Shown in pieces: positions 37,547-50,355 of a stretch of 64,000 nt of DNA; positions within the stretch are counted from its first letter, which is position 1; each line of letters starts with the position of its first letter. The position numbers were made by a program, and so were the translations under genes. Location of the stretch: contig JACDBH010000004.1 of assembly GCA_013694995.1 (NCBI GenBank), positions 60,828 to 124,827 on the forward strand, read 5' to 3'. Source of the DNA: Candidatus Saccharimonadota bacterium. Lineage in GTDB: Bacteria; Patescibacteriota; Saccharimonadia; Saccharimonadales; JACDBH01. A model generated the notes under the pieces. The model made no database searches. It saw only the letters and a program-made list of their open reading frames with translations, and was not told where the DNA came from.

Positions 37547-38126
37547 AGCACCCCTACAGGAACCCCAGCCTCAGCCCGGCACGCCACCACCGGCGGCTGC
37601 AGTTCCTAGTGTACCGCAGCAACCCGTACCTGCCGCAGCGCCGGCTGCTAGCGATAATTTGGTACTACCTCTTAGTGTTGTTTCCAGGAGTGATATTGCC
37701 CGCAGCCTACGCGAAGTTCTTACAATCGATGATTTTTTTCATCAAGCAACTATCCGAGGCAGCAAAGAATTAACATTGCCCCGCCAAAGCCAAGTACTCG
37801 AAAGTTTAGCCAGCGCCAATCAACTCAATCTCATACATGCTGAAGACCGCCAGAAACTCGAGAAGTTCCTAACTCGGCTAAAGACTAGGGCGCCAGTTGT
37901 ACATATGAGCTTCGCTTCGGATCCTAACGGTGATTTTGTTATGAAACTTGTGGAGTGGTTTCGGCGGGAAATTCATCCCCATACTGTGCTGCATATCGGG
38001 CTGCAGCCGGCTTTGGCCGCAGGCTGCGTTGTTCGTACCACCAACAAAGTTTTTGATTTTAGCTTCCGAAAGCGTTTCGAGAAAAGCAAAGAGAAGCTGA
38101 TTGCAGCCCTAGAGGCCAGCGTATGA
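37536..38126 (+). CDS. ATP synthase delta-like subunit (divergent, Pro-rich N-terminus)
   Basis: C-terminal QPALAAGCVVRTTNKVFDFSFRKRF matches the delta/OSCP C-terminal pattern; atpH position. Confidence 0.7.
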   Translation: MAPKAPLQEPQPQPGTPPPAAAVPSVPQQPVPAAAPAASDNLVLPLSVVSRSDIARSLREVLTIDDFFHQATIRGSKELTLPRQSQVLESLASANQLNLIHAEDRQKLEKFLTRLKTRAPVVHMSFASDPNGDFVMKLVEWFRREIHPHTVLHIGLQPALAAGCVVRTTNKVFDFSFRKRFEKSKEKLIAALEASV

Positions 38127-39867
38127 GCTCGTCGAAGGAGGGAGTTAGCCTCCATTTTCAAAAATTAATTGAGCAGGGCAACCCAGTCGGTGAGGTCATT
38201 GGTGTAAATAAGTTCATTGTCTCGGTTAAAGGTCTTCATCCTGCTAATGCCCACGCCCTAGTTATGTTCGAGGATGGCAGCAAAGGATTCATAGAGCATG
38301 TGTTGGCCGATTCGGTCCTAATACTGCATTTGGGTACCGAAATGCTCAAAATCGGCATGGTAGCCGTTACACAACACGATAAACTGGTAACCAAAGTCGG
38401 CAAGGATCTCGTTGGCCGTGTGATTAACGTATTGGGAGAGCCACTGGACGGCAAGGGGCCAATAGCTCCTGATTCGGTTTGGCCGGTCTTTAACTCAGCG
38501 CCGCCGATTTACGAACGTGAACTGCTTGATTTGCAACTGGAAACGGGCGTGACGTCTGTTGACGGTTTATTCCCTATTGTCCGCGGGCAGCGCCTGGCAA
38601 TTTTGGGCGATAACAAGTCAGGCAAGACAACCCTTGCCACCCAGCTGACCATCAATCAGAAAAACACTGATATCAAAGTCGTTTACGTTCTGATTGGCAA
38701 GCGAAGAGCCGATATCGACGAGCTGCTGACTCGGCTCAACGAGACCGATTCACTCAAGAATGCAGTTGTTATTGTCTCAACGTTGTTCGAATCACTGATT
38801 ATGACTTATCTTGCGCCTTATGTCGGCTGCGCTATAGCTGAGTACTTTTGGCAAGCCTGCGACCAAGACACAATGATAGTCTATGACGATCTAACCTCCC
38901 ATGCCCAGGCTTATAGGGAAGTTGCACTGTTAAGTAATATTAGCCCTGGCCGCGACTCTTACCCGGGCGATATGTTTTATGCCCACTCCAGTTTGCTGGA
39001 GCGCGCTGGCAAGCTGATGCGTAATCATAAGACTTTAACTAGCCTGCCGATAGTACTAACGCCGAATAACGACATAACCGCTTACTTACCTACCAACATT
39101 ATGTCTATTACTGACGGCCAGTGGATTATGGATATGGAAGTCTTCTTAGCGGGTCACCGCCCAGCTTTATCAACAGGCCTTAGTGTAACTCGTGTTGGAG
39201 GCGTCGGCCAGAACAAGCGTCAAAAGGGCCATACAGTCGCCACACTTAAGGCTTTGGCTACTTTCCGCCAGGCCGAGGAGTACGCCCACTTCGGTTCGGA
39301 ACTTGCTTTATCTGCTCATAAAGACTTGGCTCGTGGCAAGACGATTTATGAAGTCTTCAGCCAGTCACCCACGGAGACATACAGTTTCATGGAACAACAG
39401 CTTATGCTCGATATAGTCATAAATTTGGATGACACGTCTAATTTAGACGTCAAGAAGATGAAAGAAAACCTGCGGGAGATTGCCAAACAAGTCAAAGATG
39501 ACGGTGATTTCGAAAAATGGCGGGATGAACTGCAAAACAAGAGCATGATCAGCGGTACTCCGATAGCGTCTACTAAACCTCCCGAAGGCGAACTTTCGCA
39601 CGCGGCAGTGGCAGAAGCTAAAAGAACTGAGCCTAAACCAGTTGAGGAACCGCCACTACAGCCTGCCGCCAAGGCGGGTGACGAGTTTAAGCCAACAGAA
39701 TCGACTAAGCCTATCGAGGGTGAGGTTCCTCAAGCTGAACCTGCCAAAGAAACTGTTCACGAAGAGCCGGTAGAAGCAGCGACCCAGCAGGAAGCCGAGC
39801 TTATTCATATAGACAAAGAGGGCACCGTCCATAAGCAAGAAGAAAAAGAAACTGAAGAGGTGGAGAA

Positions 39868-39871
<4 letters not shown>
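38123..39871 (+). CDS. atpA: F1 ATPase alpha subunit (divergent, acidic C-terminal extension)
   Basis: GRVINVLGEPLDG, PIVRGQR, GDNKSGKT, YDDL, PGRDSYPGD, LLERAG, PTNIMSITDGQ, SVTRVG. Confidence 0.9.
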
Positions 39872-42070
<2,199 letters not shown>

Positions 42071-42112
42071 TGCAAAATTTGCAGGGATCAGCTACATTAA
42101 AAGGAAATATGT

Positions 42113-42445
42113 ATGGCGTTTGGTAAAAAGAAGGCAGCTGTTGCGCCCAAAGAAGAGGCTAAGCCACAAAAAAAAGAGGAACTCAAGGACGAAAAGGGCA
42201 AGCCGCTGATGCACGTCAAAGTTTACGCGCCATTTAAAAATTATTTTGATGAGCCGGCCTATAGCATTAGCGCCGAGAACCATACGGGCCCGTTTGATAT
42301 TTTACCGCGACATCATAATTTTATGACCTTAATGAGCGCCTGTGAGATGAAAATTGTCGCACCAACAGGTGACAAAACGATTCGCATCACCCGGGCGGTC
42401 ATGCATGTCAAGGCCGATCAAGTTGTAGTTTTTCTTGACGTGTAA
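42113..42445 (+). CDS. atpC: F1 ATPase epsilon-like subunit (beta-sandwich only)
   Basis: MHVKVYAP..GPFDILPRHHNFMT; ends without the C-terminal helices. Confidence 0.78.
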   Translation: MAFGKKKAAVAPKEEAKPQKKEELKDEKGKPLMHVKVYAPFKNYFDEPAYSISAENHTGPFDILPRHHNFMTLMSACEMKIVAPTGDKTIRITRAVMHVKADQVVVFLDV

Positions 42446-42467
42446 GTAGGCGTATACTATTGCTTAA

Positions 42468-42701
42468 ATGGCAAATATTTACCCTAGTATCAAGCTATCA
42501 TCTATTCATGAAGACATAACAACTCGTCCGGTGGATACAGGTCTCAATTGAGTGTTGCGCGTTGGTGGAGGAGTAACTACTTGTGTACTTCAAGTAAATT
42601 ATGAAGATCCACAGGAAACTGTCGATGCACTAATTGCTCTAAGGCAAGCAAGAAAAGTTGTTCAGTTCCCATTCGATATAGCCGAAGGACTTGAAGATTA
42701 G
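42468..42701 (+). pseudogene. Small ORF interrupted by one in-frame TGA
   Basis: TATACT at 42453, ATG 42468, TGA at 42549-42551, frame stays open to TAG at 42699-42701. Confidence 0.35.
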
Positions 42702-43825
42702 TTTATGACTAGGTAGTTGAAACGGCAGAGAGTGCCGGCTGGTGGCGCAGTTGAGGATGCTATCGAAAAGGCCGTTGCACTTATGTTCGTAACATAATAA
42801 GCAATCGCTGAGCACCCTGTACCGTTTGGAGTTAGAACCGCATGAGGGTTAGAGGTTGTATAGGCGGTACTAAAAGTAATGGTTGCCAATGTTCCCGTGC
42901 CGGTCCCCCCGCCAGTATTTATAGTCGCCGTACCGGCCGTGTCGCTGCCGCTGATGGAAGCGGTTGCCCCACCGCCGGCTGCGCCACCGACAATAATACT
43001 GGGTGTAGTACCACTGATATTAATGCGGTTTAATGTTATTTGATCAAAATTAATACCTTCAGCAGATACGATGCCCTTAACATTTAAATTACCATTAATG
43101 GTGGCTGCACCGCCGATATCAAGCTTGCCCCCGCCATTGATATCACCAGCTACAGTAAGGTTTTCTCCTAATGTGGTCCTCCCTACTACATCTAGGAAGC
43201 CGCCGACCGCCATATTGCCCGCGGCCTGGATGTCATTCGTAGTTAGGGAACTAAAACTACCTGAACCACTTATACTTATGGACGGGACACTTAAGACACC
43301 TCCGACTCGAAGTGCACCGGCAATATCTAGCGTGTCGCGCAAAACAACTTTACCAGTAATGACTGCATTAGACTCTATCGTAAGTATCTGTTTTGGATCA
43401 CCGACTATTGCATCCGAAGTTTTTAAAATCTCTAAATCTTCTTCGGTTAGTTCTGATGTCGCAAGTTTAACTTCGCTTTCTTTCTTATTCATATAATAAG
43501 TAACGACAAAAACCGCGCCGGAGGCAATAATCAGCAACAAGAAAAGCAGCAGGTATACATTAAAAGCACCAACAAAACGTTTAGCACCGGTGGCTCTAGG
43601 CCTAGACACGGCTTTTGGAGCCGAGGCTTCGCCGGTTGATTCGTCTGCCATCGCATCAACTGAGGATTTTTTCTGGGAGGGTTCTAAAGACTCCGACTCC
43701 TGGTTGACTTGCGCCATAAGCTCCTCAGGAGTTTTATCCGATTTTTGGTTTACCGAAGGCGTTAACCCTGCATCGTCCTCAGTAGTACCGGCCGGAACCT
43801 CGGTTGTTTTGTCTTTATCTTCCAT
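42698..43825 (-). CDS. Membrane-anchored fibre-like protein (beta-helix/bactofilin-like repeats, tail-fibre-like C-terminus)
   Basis: Acidic N-terminus, one TM, repeats such as GALRVGG/GNLNVKG/ENLTVAG, C-terminal ATITFSTAY..FNYLVIN. Confidence 0.75.
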   Translation of the reverse strand: MEDKDKTTEVPAGTTEDDAGLTPSVNQKSDKTPEELMAQVNQESESLEPSQKKSSVDAMADESTGEASAPKAVSRPRATGAKRFVGAFNVYLLLFLLLIIASGAVFVVTYYMNKKESEVKLATSELTEEDLEILKTSDAIVGDPKQILTIESNAVITGKVVLRDTLDIAGALRVGGVLSVPSISISGSGSFSSLTTNDIQAAGNMAVGGFLDVVGRTTLGENLTVAGDINGGGKLDIGGAATINGNLNVKGIVSAEGINFDQITLNRINISGTTPSIIVGGAAGGGATASISGSDTAGTATINTGGGTGTGTLATITFSTAYTTSNPHAVLTPNGTGCSAIAYYVTNISATAFSIASSTAPPAGTLCRFNYLVIN

Positions 43826-43913
43826 AATATATCGCTTAACCCTAATGATACTACAATCTGTATCAAATCATAAGCAGGTTGAAGGTTAGAGCGAATCATG
43901 GCAGAATAGAACC

Positions 43914-44657
43914 ATGTATTCTCGCGTTCTTCGAGCAGGGATGATGCTCGCCTTGGCAATTCTTATACTGCCGGTCATCGCACACGCCCAATATACTTCG
44001 CCAAGCTATGAAATAAACGAGATTTTTATCGGTGGTGGCGGCGAACTGGAGGCCTGTTCTAGTAGTTTCTGTTCACGCCAGTCTATAGGCGAAACTGCCG
44101 TTGGTGCCACTGGAAGCGGCAACTTTAGCGCCCAGGCTGGATTTAATACAACTGACGTAGAGGTATTAGCCGTATCCGTTAGTAACGGGAATATAGATCT
44201 CGGGGTACTCAATACCTCGGGAACTGCCGCTGCTAGTGCTAATTTCAGCATCAAGAACTATTTAACTAACGGTTACGTGGTCAAAATTTATGGGGATGCT
44301 CCTACTAATAGGACTGGGCCGGGCACAATTGCCTTAACGGCGCTTAATTCACCCAGCGTGTCTCAAGCCGGTACGGAACAGTTCGGCATTAATCTGGTGG
44401 CTAACGCGACACCAGGCATTGGAGTCAACCCCCAGCAAATTCCTAATGATTCGCCGGCATTTTCTTACGGGCAAGCAGCGGCAGGCTATAATACAGCCGA
44501 TTATTTCAAATATGTAAATGGTGATACGGTTGCGCTAAGCAACAGCAGTACTGGTCAAACAGACTTTACTGTATCAATTATAGCCAATATTGCTTCTAGC
44601 ACACGAGGCGGCCAATATCGGACGACGTTGGTAGTGTTGGTTATATCCACTTTCTAA
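43914..44657 (+). CDS. Secreted WxL/pilin-like protein
   Basis: Signal peptide; AGTEQFGINLVAN; C-terminal IANI..GGQYRTTLVV strand shared with neighbours. Confidence 0.75.
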   Translation: MYSRVLRAGMMLALAILILPVIAHAQYTSPSYEINEIFIGGGGELEACSSSFCSRQSIGETAVGATGSGNFSAQAGFNTTDVEVLAVSVSNGNIDLGVLNTSGTAAASANFSIKNYLTNGYVVKIYGDAPTNRTGPGTIALTALNSPSVSQAGTEQFGINLVANATPGIGVNPQQIPNDSPAFSYGQAAAGYNTADYFKYVNGDTVALSNSSTGQTDFTVSIIANIASSTRGGQYRTTLVVLVISTF

Positions 44658-44760
44658 AGCTGTGGATAACTAAGTAATAAGCTATTGCATTGACATAAGG
44701 GTTTTGCTAGAGTAGGGTCAGTTAACAACTAAAATAAAAATATTATAGAAGGAGAAATGC

Positions 44761-45984
44761 ATGAGCGATTATGCAATTTCGCTGAAGCGTAGCAGTCTGC
44801 TGTTGGCCGCACTAGCCTTTACGGCTGTGCTTACCATTGCGAACCTCAACGTCTTTGGCGTCGGTAAAGTAGAAGCAGGTCAGTTCCAGAGCAGGAAAGT
44901 TGTACTCAGCAGCTCCTTAGCCGGAACAGAAACTGGGGACAACGTAGCTGGTAGCGCCACAAACGGTTCGGCTGCAGTCCATACATTCACGTTCACAACG
45001 CCAACAGGCAGCTCAACGACAATTGACGCGTTTGAGTTTACTTATTGTTTAGAAGCAATAGGAACATGTACGGCTCCTCCGGGGCTTAATGCAGACACGG
45101 CCGTACTAGTGAGTGCGACGGACGACGGTGGTGCATTTACGACAGTATTTGCGCTTGATGCAACCCAAACGACAGTAAGTCGTATTGGTATTGACGTTAA
45201 TGCAGGTGCTACAAACACTATTACCGCCGCAAGCGTTATAGTCATTCAATTTTCAACAATTGTTAACCCGTCTATTAATGACGATATATATGTTCGCATG
45301 GTTAGCTATTCGGTTGAAAACTATACAAGTGCAGTTGATGACGGTACGGTTGCATTCTCAATTGTTACACCCATCAACATCACAGCCCGTGTCAAGGAAA
45401 CGCTTGGCTTCTCAACGACTGCTGACACCGCAGGTGGTGTCCCTGCCGAAACTTCGGCCTGTGTACCACTTACAGGCAGTGGTGCCATCGCTCTAGGTGA
45501 TGCCAACAACACCTTGAGTATTGCCCAAGCTTACGATGACACTTCATACTTCCGTGTCTATACCAACGCGGCCAATGGTATAGCAGTCCAATATGCTGGT
45601 ATTACCCTTACTAAAGGTACGGATGATATCAATGCAATTGGCGGCACTGCTGCATCAAGTACTGTAGGTTCCGAACAATTTGGCTTCGGTATATATGCGG
45701 CTAACCCACCAACAGCCAATGTTGACAACGGTGGTTGGGGCGCCGCAGGACGTTTGACACTGAACGCTCAGTACGATGGTGGCGAAGGAACGATTACTAA
45801 CGGTGGTACGGCGACGTTCGCATACGATTCGGCAGCTCCTAACACTCCCAAATCAATTGCCACAGCTGGTTCATATGTTACTTGCGATACCGCAGAGGTC
45901 CGTTACATAGCTAACATCTCACCTCTGACACCCGCTGGTACATACCGAACAACGGTTGTCTACTACGCAGTACCAACGTACTAA
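44761..45984 (+). CDS. Secreted WxL/pilin-like protein (probable major subunit)
   Basis: AAGGAG SD and upstream TTGCAT-17-TAGAGT; signal peptide; VGSEQFG; YIANISPLTPAGTYRTTVVY. Confidence 0.78.
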   Translation: MSDYAISLKRSSLLLAALAFTAVLTIANLNVFGVGKVEAGQFQSRKVVLSSSLAGTETGDNVAGSATNGSAAVHTFTFTTPTGSSTTIDAFEFTYCLEAIGTCTAPPGLNADTAVLVSATDDGGAFTTVFALDATQTTVSRIGIDVNAGATNTITAASVIVIQFSTIVNPSINDDIYVRMVSYSVENYTSAVDDGTVAFSIVTPINITARVKETLGFSTTADTAGGVPAETSACVPLTGSGAIALGDANNTLSIAQAYDDTSYFRVYTNAANGIAVQYAGITLTKGTDDINAIGGTAASSTVGSEQFGFGIYAANPPTANVDNGGWGAAGRLTLNAQYDGGEGTITNGGTATFAYDSAAPNTPKSIATAGSYVTCDTAEVRYIANISPLTPAGTYRTTVVYYAVPTY

Positions 45985-45998
45985 TGTAGAATAAGACT

Positions 45999-47063
45999 AT
46001 GAAGATCCGGCCTGCTAAGCATATATATACGCGAGCAGGCCGGTTTCTATTTGCAGCCATGCTGGTATTACTACCAATTGCTACAGTATTAACGGATAAG
46101 ATAAGCGCCTTTGATTATGTCAGGTTGCCTAACCGAAGCCTGACTATAGGGGATACCACGCCAGCGGCTACAACGAGCTACGTATTTAGCTGGCAGTATC
46201 CTACCGCCACGACCTTAGGTTCTATCAAGTTACTTTTATGTACAGACCCCTATGTACTTGATACCTGTACTCTTACGAGTGGTGATTTTTCGGCCGCGAC
46301 CTTAACAGGCCAGAGCGGTGTTACCGGATTTAGTATTTTAAGCCAATCGGCAGGTGAGATTATTCTCAGCCGCGCTCCAAGTGGGGGTTCTAATATTCAG
46401 TCAACATACTCTTTCGCAAATATAGATAATCCAGGCGGATTGCCGGATGTATTCTATGTACGAATCTGGACTTATCCTACAGCAGATGCTACTGGTCCGC
46501 CGAATGAAATATCGAGCGTCGCCACTGCCACGACTGAAGTCATTAACATAACGACTATAGTTCCGCCGATTTTATTCTTTTGCACCGGCCTTACCGTTGA
46601 TAATTATTGCCAAAACGTCGTAGGAAACCAGATAGATTACGGTGACTTATCTTCAACGTCGACAGATTTCGCGACATCGCAGTTTGGCGTTGCTACCAAT
46701 GCTGTCAGTGGATATGTTGTTACTATCAATGGCAACACTATGACGTCTGGAAACAAGGCTATCACTGCCCTAAATGCACCGGCCGCAGCTGCCGTTGGTG
46801 TTGGCCAATTCGGGTTAAATTTGCGGGCAAATACAGCTCCGCCCGTAGGCCAAGATACCACTGGAGCGGGAACTGGTGTAGTTGATGCAAACTATAACAA
46901 TCCTGACCAATACCAGTTTAATGACGGGGATTTGGTAGCTAATGCGGCAACTGGCACACTTTTTAATACATTTACTTCTAGCTACATTGTCAATGTTCCG
47001 CCTGACCAGCCTGCTGGCGTATATAGCACAACAATTGTCTATATTTGCACAGCAAGTTTTTGA
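45999..47063 (+). CDS. Secreted WxL/pilin-like protein
   Basis: Paralogous to 44761-45984: signal peptide, VGQFGLNLRAN, YIVNVPPDQPAGVYSTTIVY. Confidence 0.78.
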   Translation: MKIRPAKHIYTRAGRFLFAAMLVLLPIATVLTDKISAFDYVRLPNRSLTIGDTTPAATTSYVFSWQYPTATTLGSIKLLLCTDPYVLDTCTLTSGDFSAATLTGQSGVTGFSILSQSAGEIILSRAPSGGSNIQSTYSFANIDNPGGLPDVFYVRIWTYPTADATGPPNEISSVATATTEVINITTIVPPILFFCTGLTVDNYCQNVVGNQIDYGDLSSTSTDFATSQFGVATNAVSGYVVTINGNTMTSGNKAITALNAPAAAAVGVGQFGLNLRANTAPPVGQDTTGAGTGVVDANYNNPDQYQFNDGDLVANAATGTLFNTFTSSYIVNVPPDQPAGVYSTTIVYICTASF

Positions 47064-47113
47064 TGTTACACTATTGCTAACTTGCTAATGTTTCGTAAAA
47101 AATAGGGGAGATC

Positions 47114-48160
47114 ATGAAGAAACTTGTCCGAACAATATCCTTACTTGCTGTAACTGCCGGTTTTTTATTACCCCAAATTGGCCAGCTAAATGCTCAGTCC
47201 AATGCGCTTAGTATTACGCCGCGCAAAGACTATACACTAAGAGCAGGTGAAGTTGTAAATGATACGCTGACTATAACCAATACTAACCGCGACTCACCTC
47301 TGCAACTAAGGCTTAGTGTAGTAGATTTTACCGCCCAGGATGAAACTGGTACTCCCCAGTTACTTAGGGGTGAAACGACACAAAAGACTGCTTGGTCGCT
47401 TAGAGACTTCATTGAAATGCCCGAACAAGTGGTGGTTGACGCTGGAGCAACGGTGCAAGTGCCAGTCGTTGTACGTATGGGCACTGAAGTTGGTGCCGGA
47501 AGCTACTATAGTGCGATTGAGTACGCAGCTGTTAATGATATAAGGGACGATCAAGTTAATATTTCGGCCTCTGGCGTTACCCTGATGTTTGTCAAAGTAC
47601 CAGGTCAAGCTCGGGAGCAATTGAATTTCCTACAATTTGGCGCATTCATTCCAGACCCAGGCGGCACAGGAGGAGCATTTACAGGCCTATTCTTTAATGA
47701 TCGTCCCAAAGTCCTCGCTTATAGACTTAAGAATGAAGGTAATATTGCTGAGCAGCCCAAGGCCGTTATTGTCGTAAAAAACTCCGGCGGCAAGGAAATG
47801 TATGTCATCCAAAACGCCAATCCGAAGAGTCAGATTGCCCTCTTGGGCCAGGCTCGCCGGTTCGATGCTTGTATTAGCCCCGAAACAGTTCAGCAAACAA
47901 CAGACAATGGGGTCGAGATTGACGCTGTAATCTGCGGCGATACGAATTTCAAACCAGGCCGCTATACAGCTGAGCTGTCTGTCTTATATGGGGAGAACGG
48001 CAACGAAACACGCGAAATCACTGCCAAAGCAACATTTTGGTATCTTCCTTGGTGGTTTGTCGGCTTAGTAGTAGCGGGAATTGGCCTAGCCGTAGGTGTC
48101 GGCTTCTACATTGTTAGTCGAGTTAAGAATTATCGCGGTCGTAAAACCCGCCGCCGCTAA
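47114..48160 (+). CDS. DUF916/WxL-interacting (chaperone-like) membrane-anchored protein
   Basis: Signal peptide; ITP..GEVVNDTLTITN, AGSYYSAI, LKNEGNI, PGRYTA; C-terminal LPWW-TM-basic tail. Confidence 0.75.
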   Translation: MKKLVRTISLLAVTAGFLLPQIGQLNAQSNALSITPRKDYTLRAGEVVNDTLTITNTNRDSPLQLRLSVVDFTAQDETGTPQLLRGETTQKTAWSLRDFIEMPEQVVVDAGATVQVPVVVRMGTEVGAGSYYSAIEYAAVNDIRDDQVNISASGVTLMFVKVPGQAREQLNFLQFGAFIPDPGGTGGAFTGLFFNDRPKVLAYRLKNEGNIAEQPKAVIVVKNSGGKEMYVIQNANPKSQIALLGQARRFDACISPETVQQTTDNGVEIDAVICGDTNFKPGRYTAELSVLYGENGNETREITAKATFWYLPWWFVGLVVAGIGLAVGVGFYIVSRVKNYRGRKTRRR

Positions 48161-48243
48161 TATCTAGCAAAAAATAATTTAAGCTGCTCTACACTAACCT
48201 GGTATACAGACATATCAGATGATATGATGGTTATGGTTTCATA

Positions 48244-49161
48244 ATGAAAAACATACAAAAAGCACTAACCTTAGTGGTTTTAGCTCTAAGTTTACTTATA
48301 AACTTGCCTACGTCCGTGTCGGGCCAATCCTCCCCGCCGCTTGTTAATCCAAATGACCAAGGCATAGGTATGCAAGGCAAACTTATCCAGCCGCCGCCTA
48401 GCGATGCCCCTACGATTACACTGCCATCAAACGGGCAGGTTTTTACTGAATTACCGGTGATTGTGACCGGCCTTTGTACTGACGGACTTTTTTTGCGTGT
48501 ATTTAAAAACAATGTCTTCGGTGGATCGACAGTGTGCGACGGTGGCAGCTATAGCGTCCAGATTGACTTGTTTCCAGGGCAGAACCAGATCACAGCTCGA
48601 GTTTATGACAATCTCGACCAATCTAGTCCAGTGTCCAATATAGTAACCGTGACTTATGCCATTGACGATCCATTAATACCCGGCTTGCCGGACGATGTCA
48701 GCCAACGAATAACTTTAACTAGTACGTTTGCCCGTAAAGGTGCGGACCCTGGTGAAGAGCTGGTTTGGCCCATAACACTTAGTGGTGGCCGCCCGCCTTA
48801 CGCCATTAGTGTTAATTGGGGAGATGGCAAGGAGGATTTATTGTCACAGGATTCGGCCAGTACCTTTGACATCAAACATATTTATCAGAACCCCGGTGTA
48901 TATAAAGTCATAATTAAGGGGACTGATGCAGATGGTGTTAGTGCGTTCCTTCAATTAGTCGGAATTGCCAATGGCGCTGTGACAGTGGGTACGGGGGCAC
49001 AGGGCAATGACCAGCCAGTCGTAACCAGAACCAGGGTCTTATGGCAGCCAGCACTTATTATGTTCCCGTTAGTGCTGGCTGCGTTTTGGCTTGGTAAGCG
49101 CTACCAACTGAAGCGTGTTAGATACCGCATTAAAAACCGCATTTTACCTATTGATAAGTAA
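48244..49161 (+). CDS. Ig-like/PKD domain membrane-anchored surface protein
   Basis: APTITLP..LFPGQNQITA; PKD-like VNWGDG..HIYQNPGVY; C-terminal TM. Confidence 0.8.
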   Translation: MKNIQKALTLVVLALSLLINLPTSVSGQSSPPLVNPNDQGIGMQGKLIQPPPSDAPTITLPSNGQVFTELPVIVTGLCTDGLFLRVFKNNVFGGSTVCDGGSYSVQIDLFPGQNQITARVYDNLDQSSPVSNIVTVTYAIDDPLIPGLPDDVSQRITLTSTFARKGADPGEELVWPITLSGGRPPYAISVNWGDGKEDLLSQDSASTFDIKHIYQNPGVYKVIIKGTDADGVSAFLQLVGIANGAVTVGTGAQGNDQPVVTRTRVLWQPALIMFPLVLAAFWLGKRYQLKRVRYRIKNRILPIDK

Positions 49162-49226
49162 ACAATCTTATTACATTAGGATAACGAGTTTAAGGACGGG
49201 ATAAATTTTGCTAAAATAGTTTAGTT

Positions 49227-50312
49227 ATGTCAAAAAAAGTTTACGTCGGCCTCTCGGGAGGTGTTGATTCAAGTGTTACTGCGGCTTTGCTACTAGAGCA
49301 GGGTTATGAAGTGACTGGCGTATACATGAAAAATTGGAGCCGGGATCTGCCAGGCTTCGAATGCCCCTGGAAACAAGACTTTACTGATGCGAAAAGAGTA
49401 GCTGTGCAACTGGGAATTCCGTTCAAAATGTATGACTTTGAAAAGCAATACCGGCAAAAGGTTGTCGATTACATGGTTGAAGGTTACAAGGCTGGGCGGA
49501 CACCGAATCCTGACATCATGTGCAACCAAGAAATTAAATTTAAACTATTTCTAGATACAGCATTAAGCGATGGTGCAGATTTTGTGGCCACTGGCCATTA
49601 TGCCCGTGTGACAAAAAAGGAGGACATTAAGGTTAGGGTGGAAATGAAAACCGCTAGGGATGAAAATAAGGACCAGACTTATTTTTTATACCGAATTACT
49701 AAAGAAGCACTAGATAAGACTTTATTTCCACTGGGAGAGTATACGAAGCCGGAAGTTCGGAACCTGGCAAAAAAGTTTGGACTTATAACTGCCAGTAAAA
49801 CAGAAAGCATGGGAATTTGTTTTGTCGGCAAGGTGGGCATCAAAGAATTCTTACTTCACGAACTTGGTGAGCAGCCACATGGCAAGATTATAGACCAGGA
49901 GGGCAAAAACATTGGCGAACACGACGGCGCAATTTATTACACCATAGGCCAGCGCCACGGCCTCGATGTAGGGGGTGGTTTGCCCTATTACGTCACAAAT
50001 AAAGATATGAATAAGAATGAAGTTTATGTAACTAACGATTTGGGCGCTAAACAACTTTGGAGCAAATCCCTAAGTTTAACCAATGTGCACTGGATTAATG
50101 GGGCAGCAAAGAACGGCAAAACTATCCAAGTACGTACCCGCCATCGTGCACCACTCATTGAAGGCACACCACAGGTAGTGTCTGACGGCACCACCGGTAG
50201 CGTACCGGCGCTACAGGTAGAGTTATTTAATGAAATTCGCGCCGTTACGCCTGGCCAGTCAGCCGTACTATATGAAGGCGATAAGGTATTGGGCGGCGGA
50301 ATAATAATCTGA
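49227..50312 (+). CDS. mnmA: tRNA 2-thiouridylase
   Basis: SGGVDSSV, TPNPDIMCN, ATGHYA, KDQTYFL, SMGICF, YTIGQR, VTPGQ. Confidence 0.97.
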   Translation: MSKKVYVGLSGGVDSSVTAALLLEQGYEVTGVYMKNWSRDLPGFECPWKQDFTDAKRVAVQLGIPFKMYDFEKQYRQKVVDYMVEGYKAGRTPNPDIMCNQEIKFKLFLDTALSDGADFVATGHYARVTKKEDIKVRVEMKTARDENKDQTYFLYRITKEALDKTLFPLGEYTKPEVRNLAKKFGLITASKTESMGICFVGKVGIKEFLLHELGEQPHGKIIDQEGKNIGEHDGAIYYTIGQRHGLDVGGGLPYYVTNKDMNKNEVYVTNDLGAKQLWSKSLSLTNVHWINGAAKNGKTIQVRTRHRAPLIEGTPQVVSDGTTGSVPALQVELFNEIRAVTPGQSAVLYEGDKVLGGGIII

Positions 50313-50355
50313 ATAGGTTTACCAGAGTAATCACCTCTGTTATGATAGTTTTGAC

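Noticed and set aside
42549-42551. TGA recoding (genetic code 25)
   Set aside because: Conserved genes such as folD, tpiA, tatD and mnmA end at TGA at the expected lengths and have no internal TGA.
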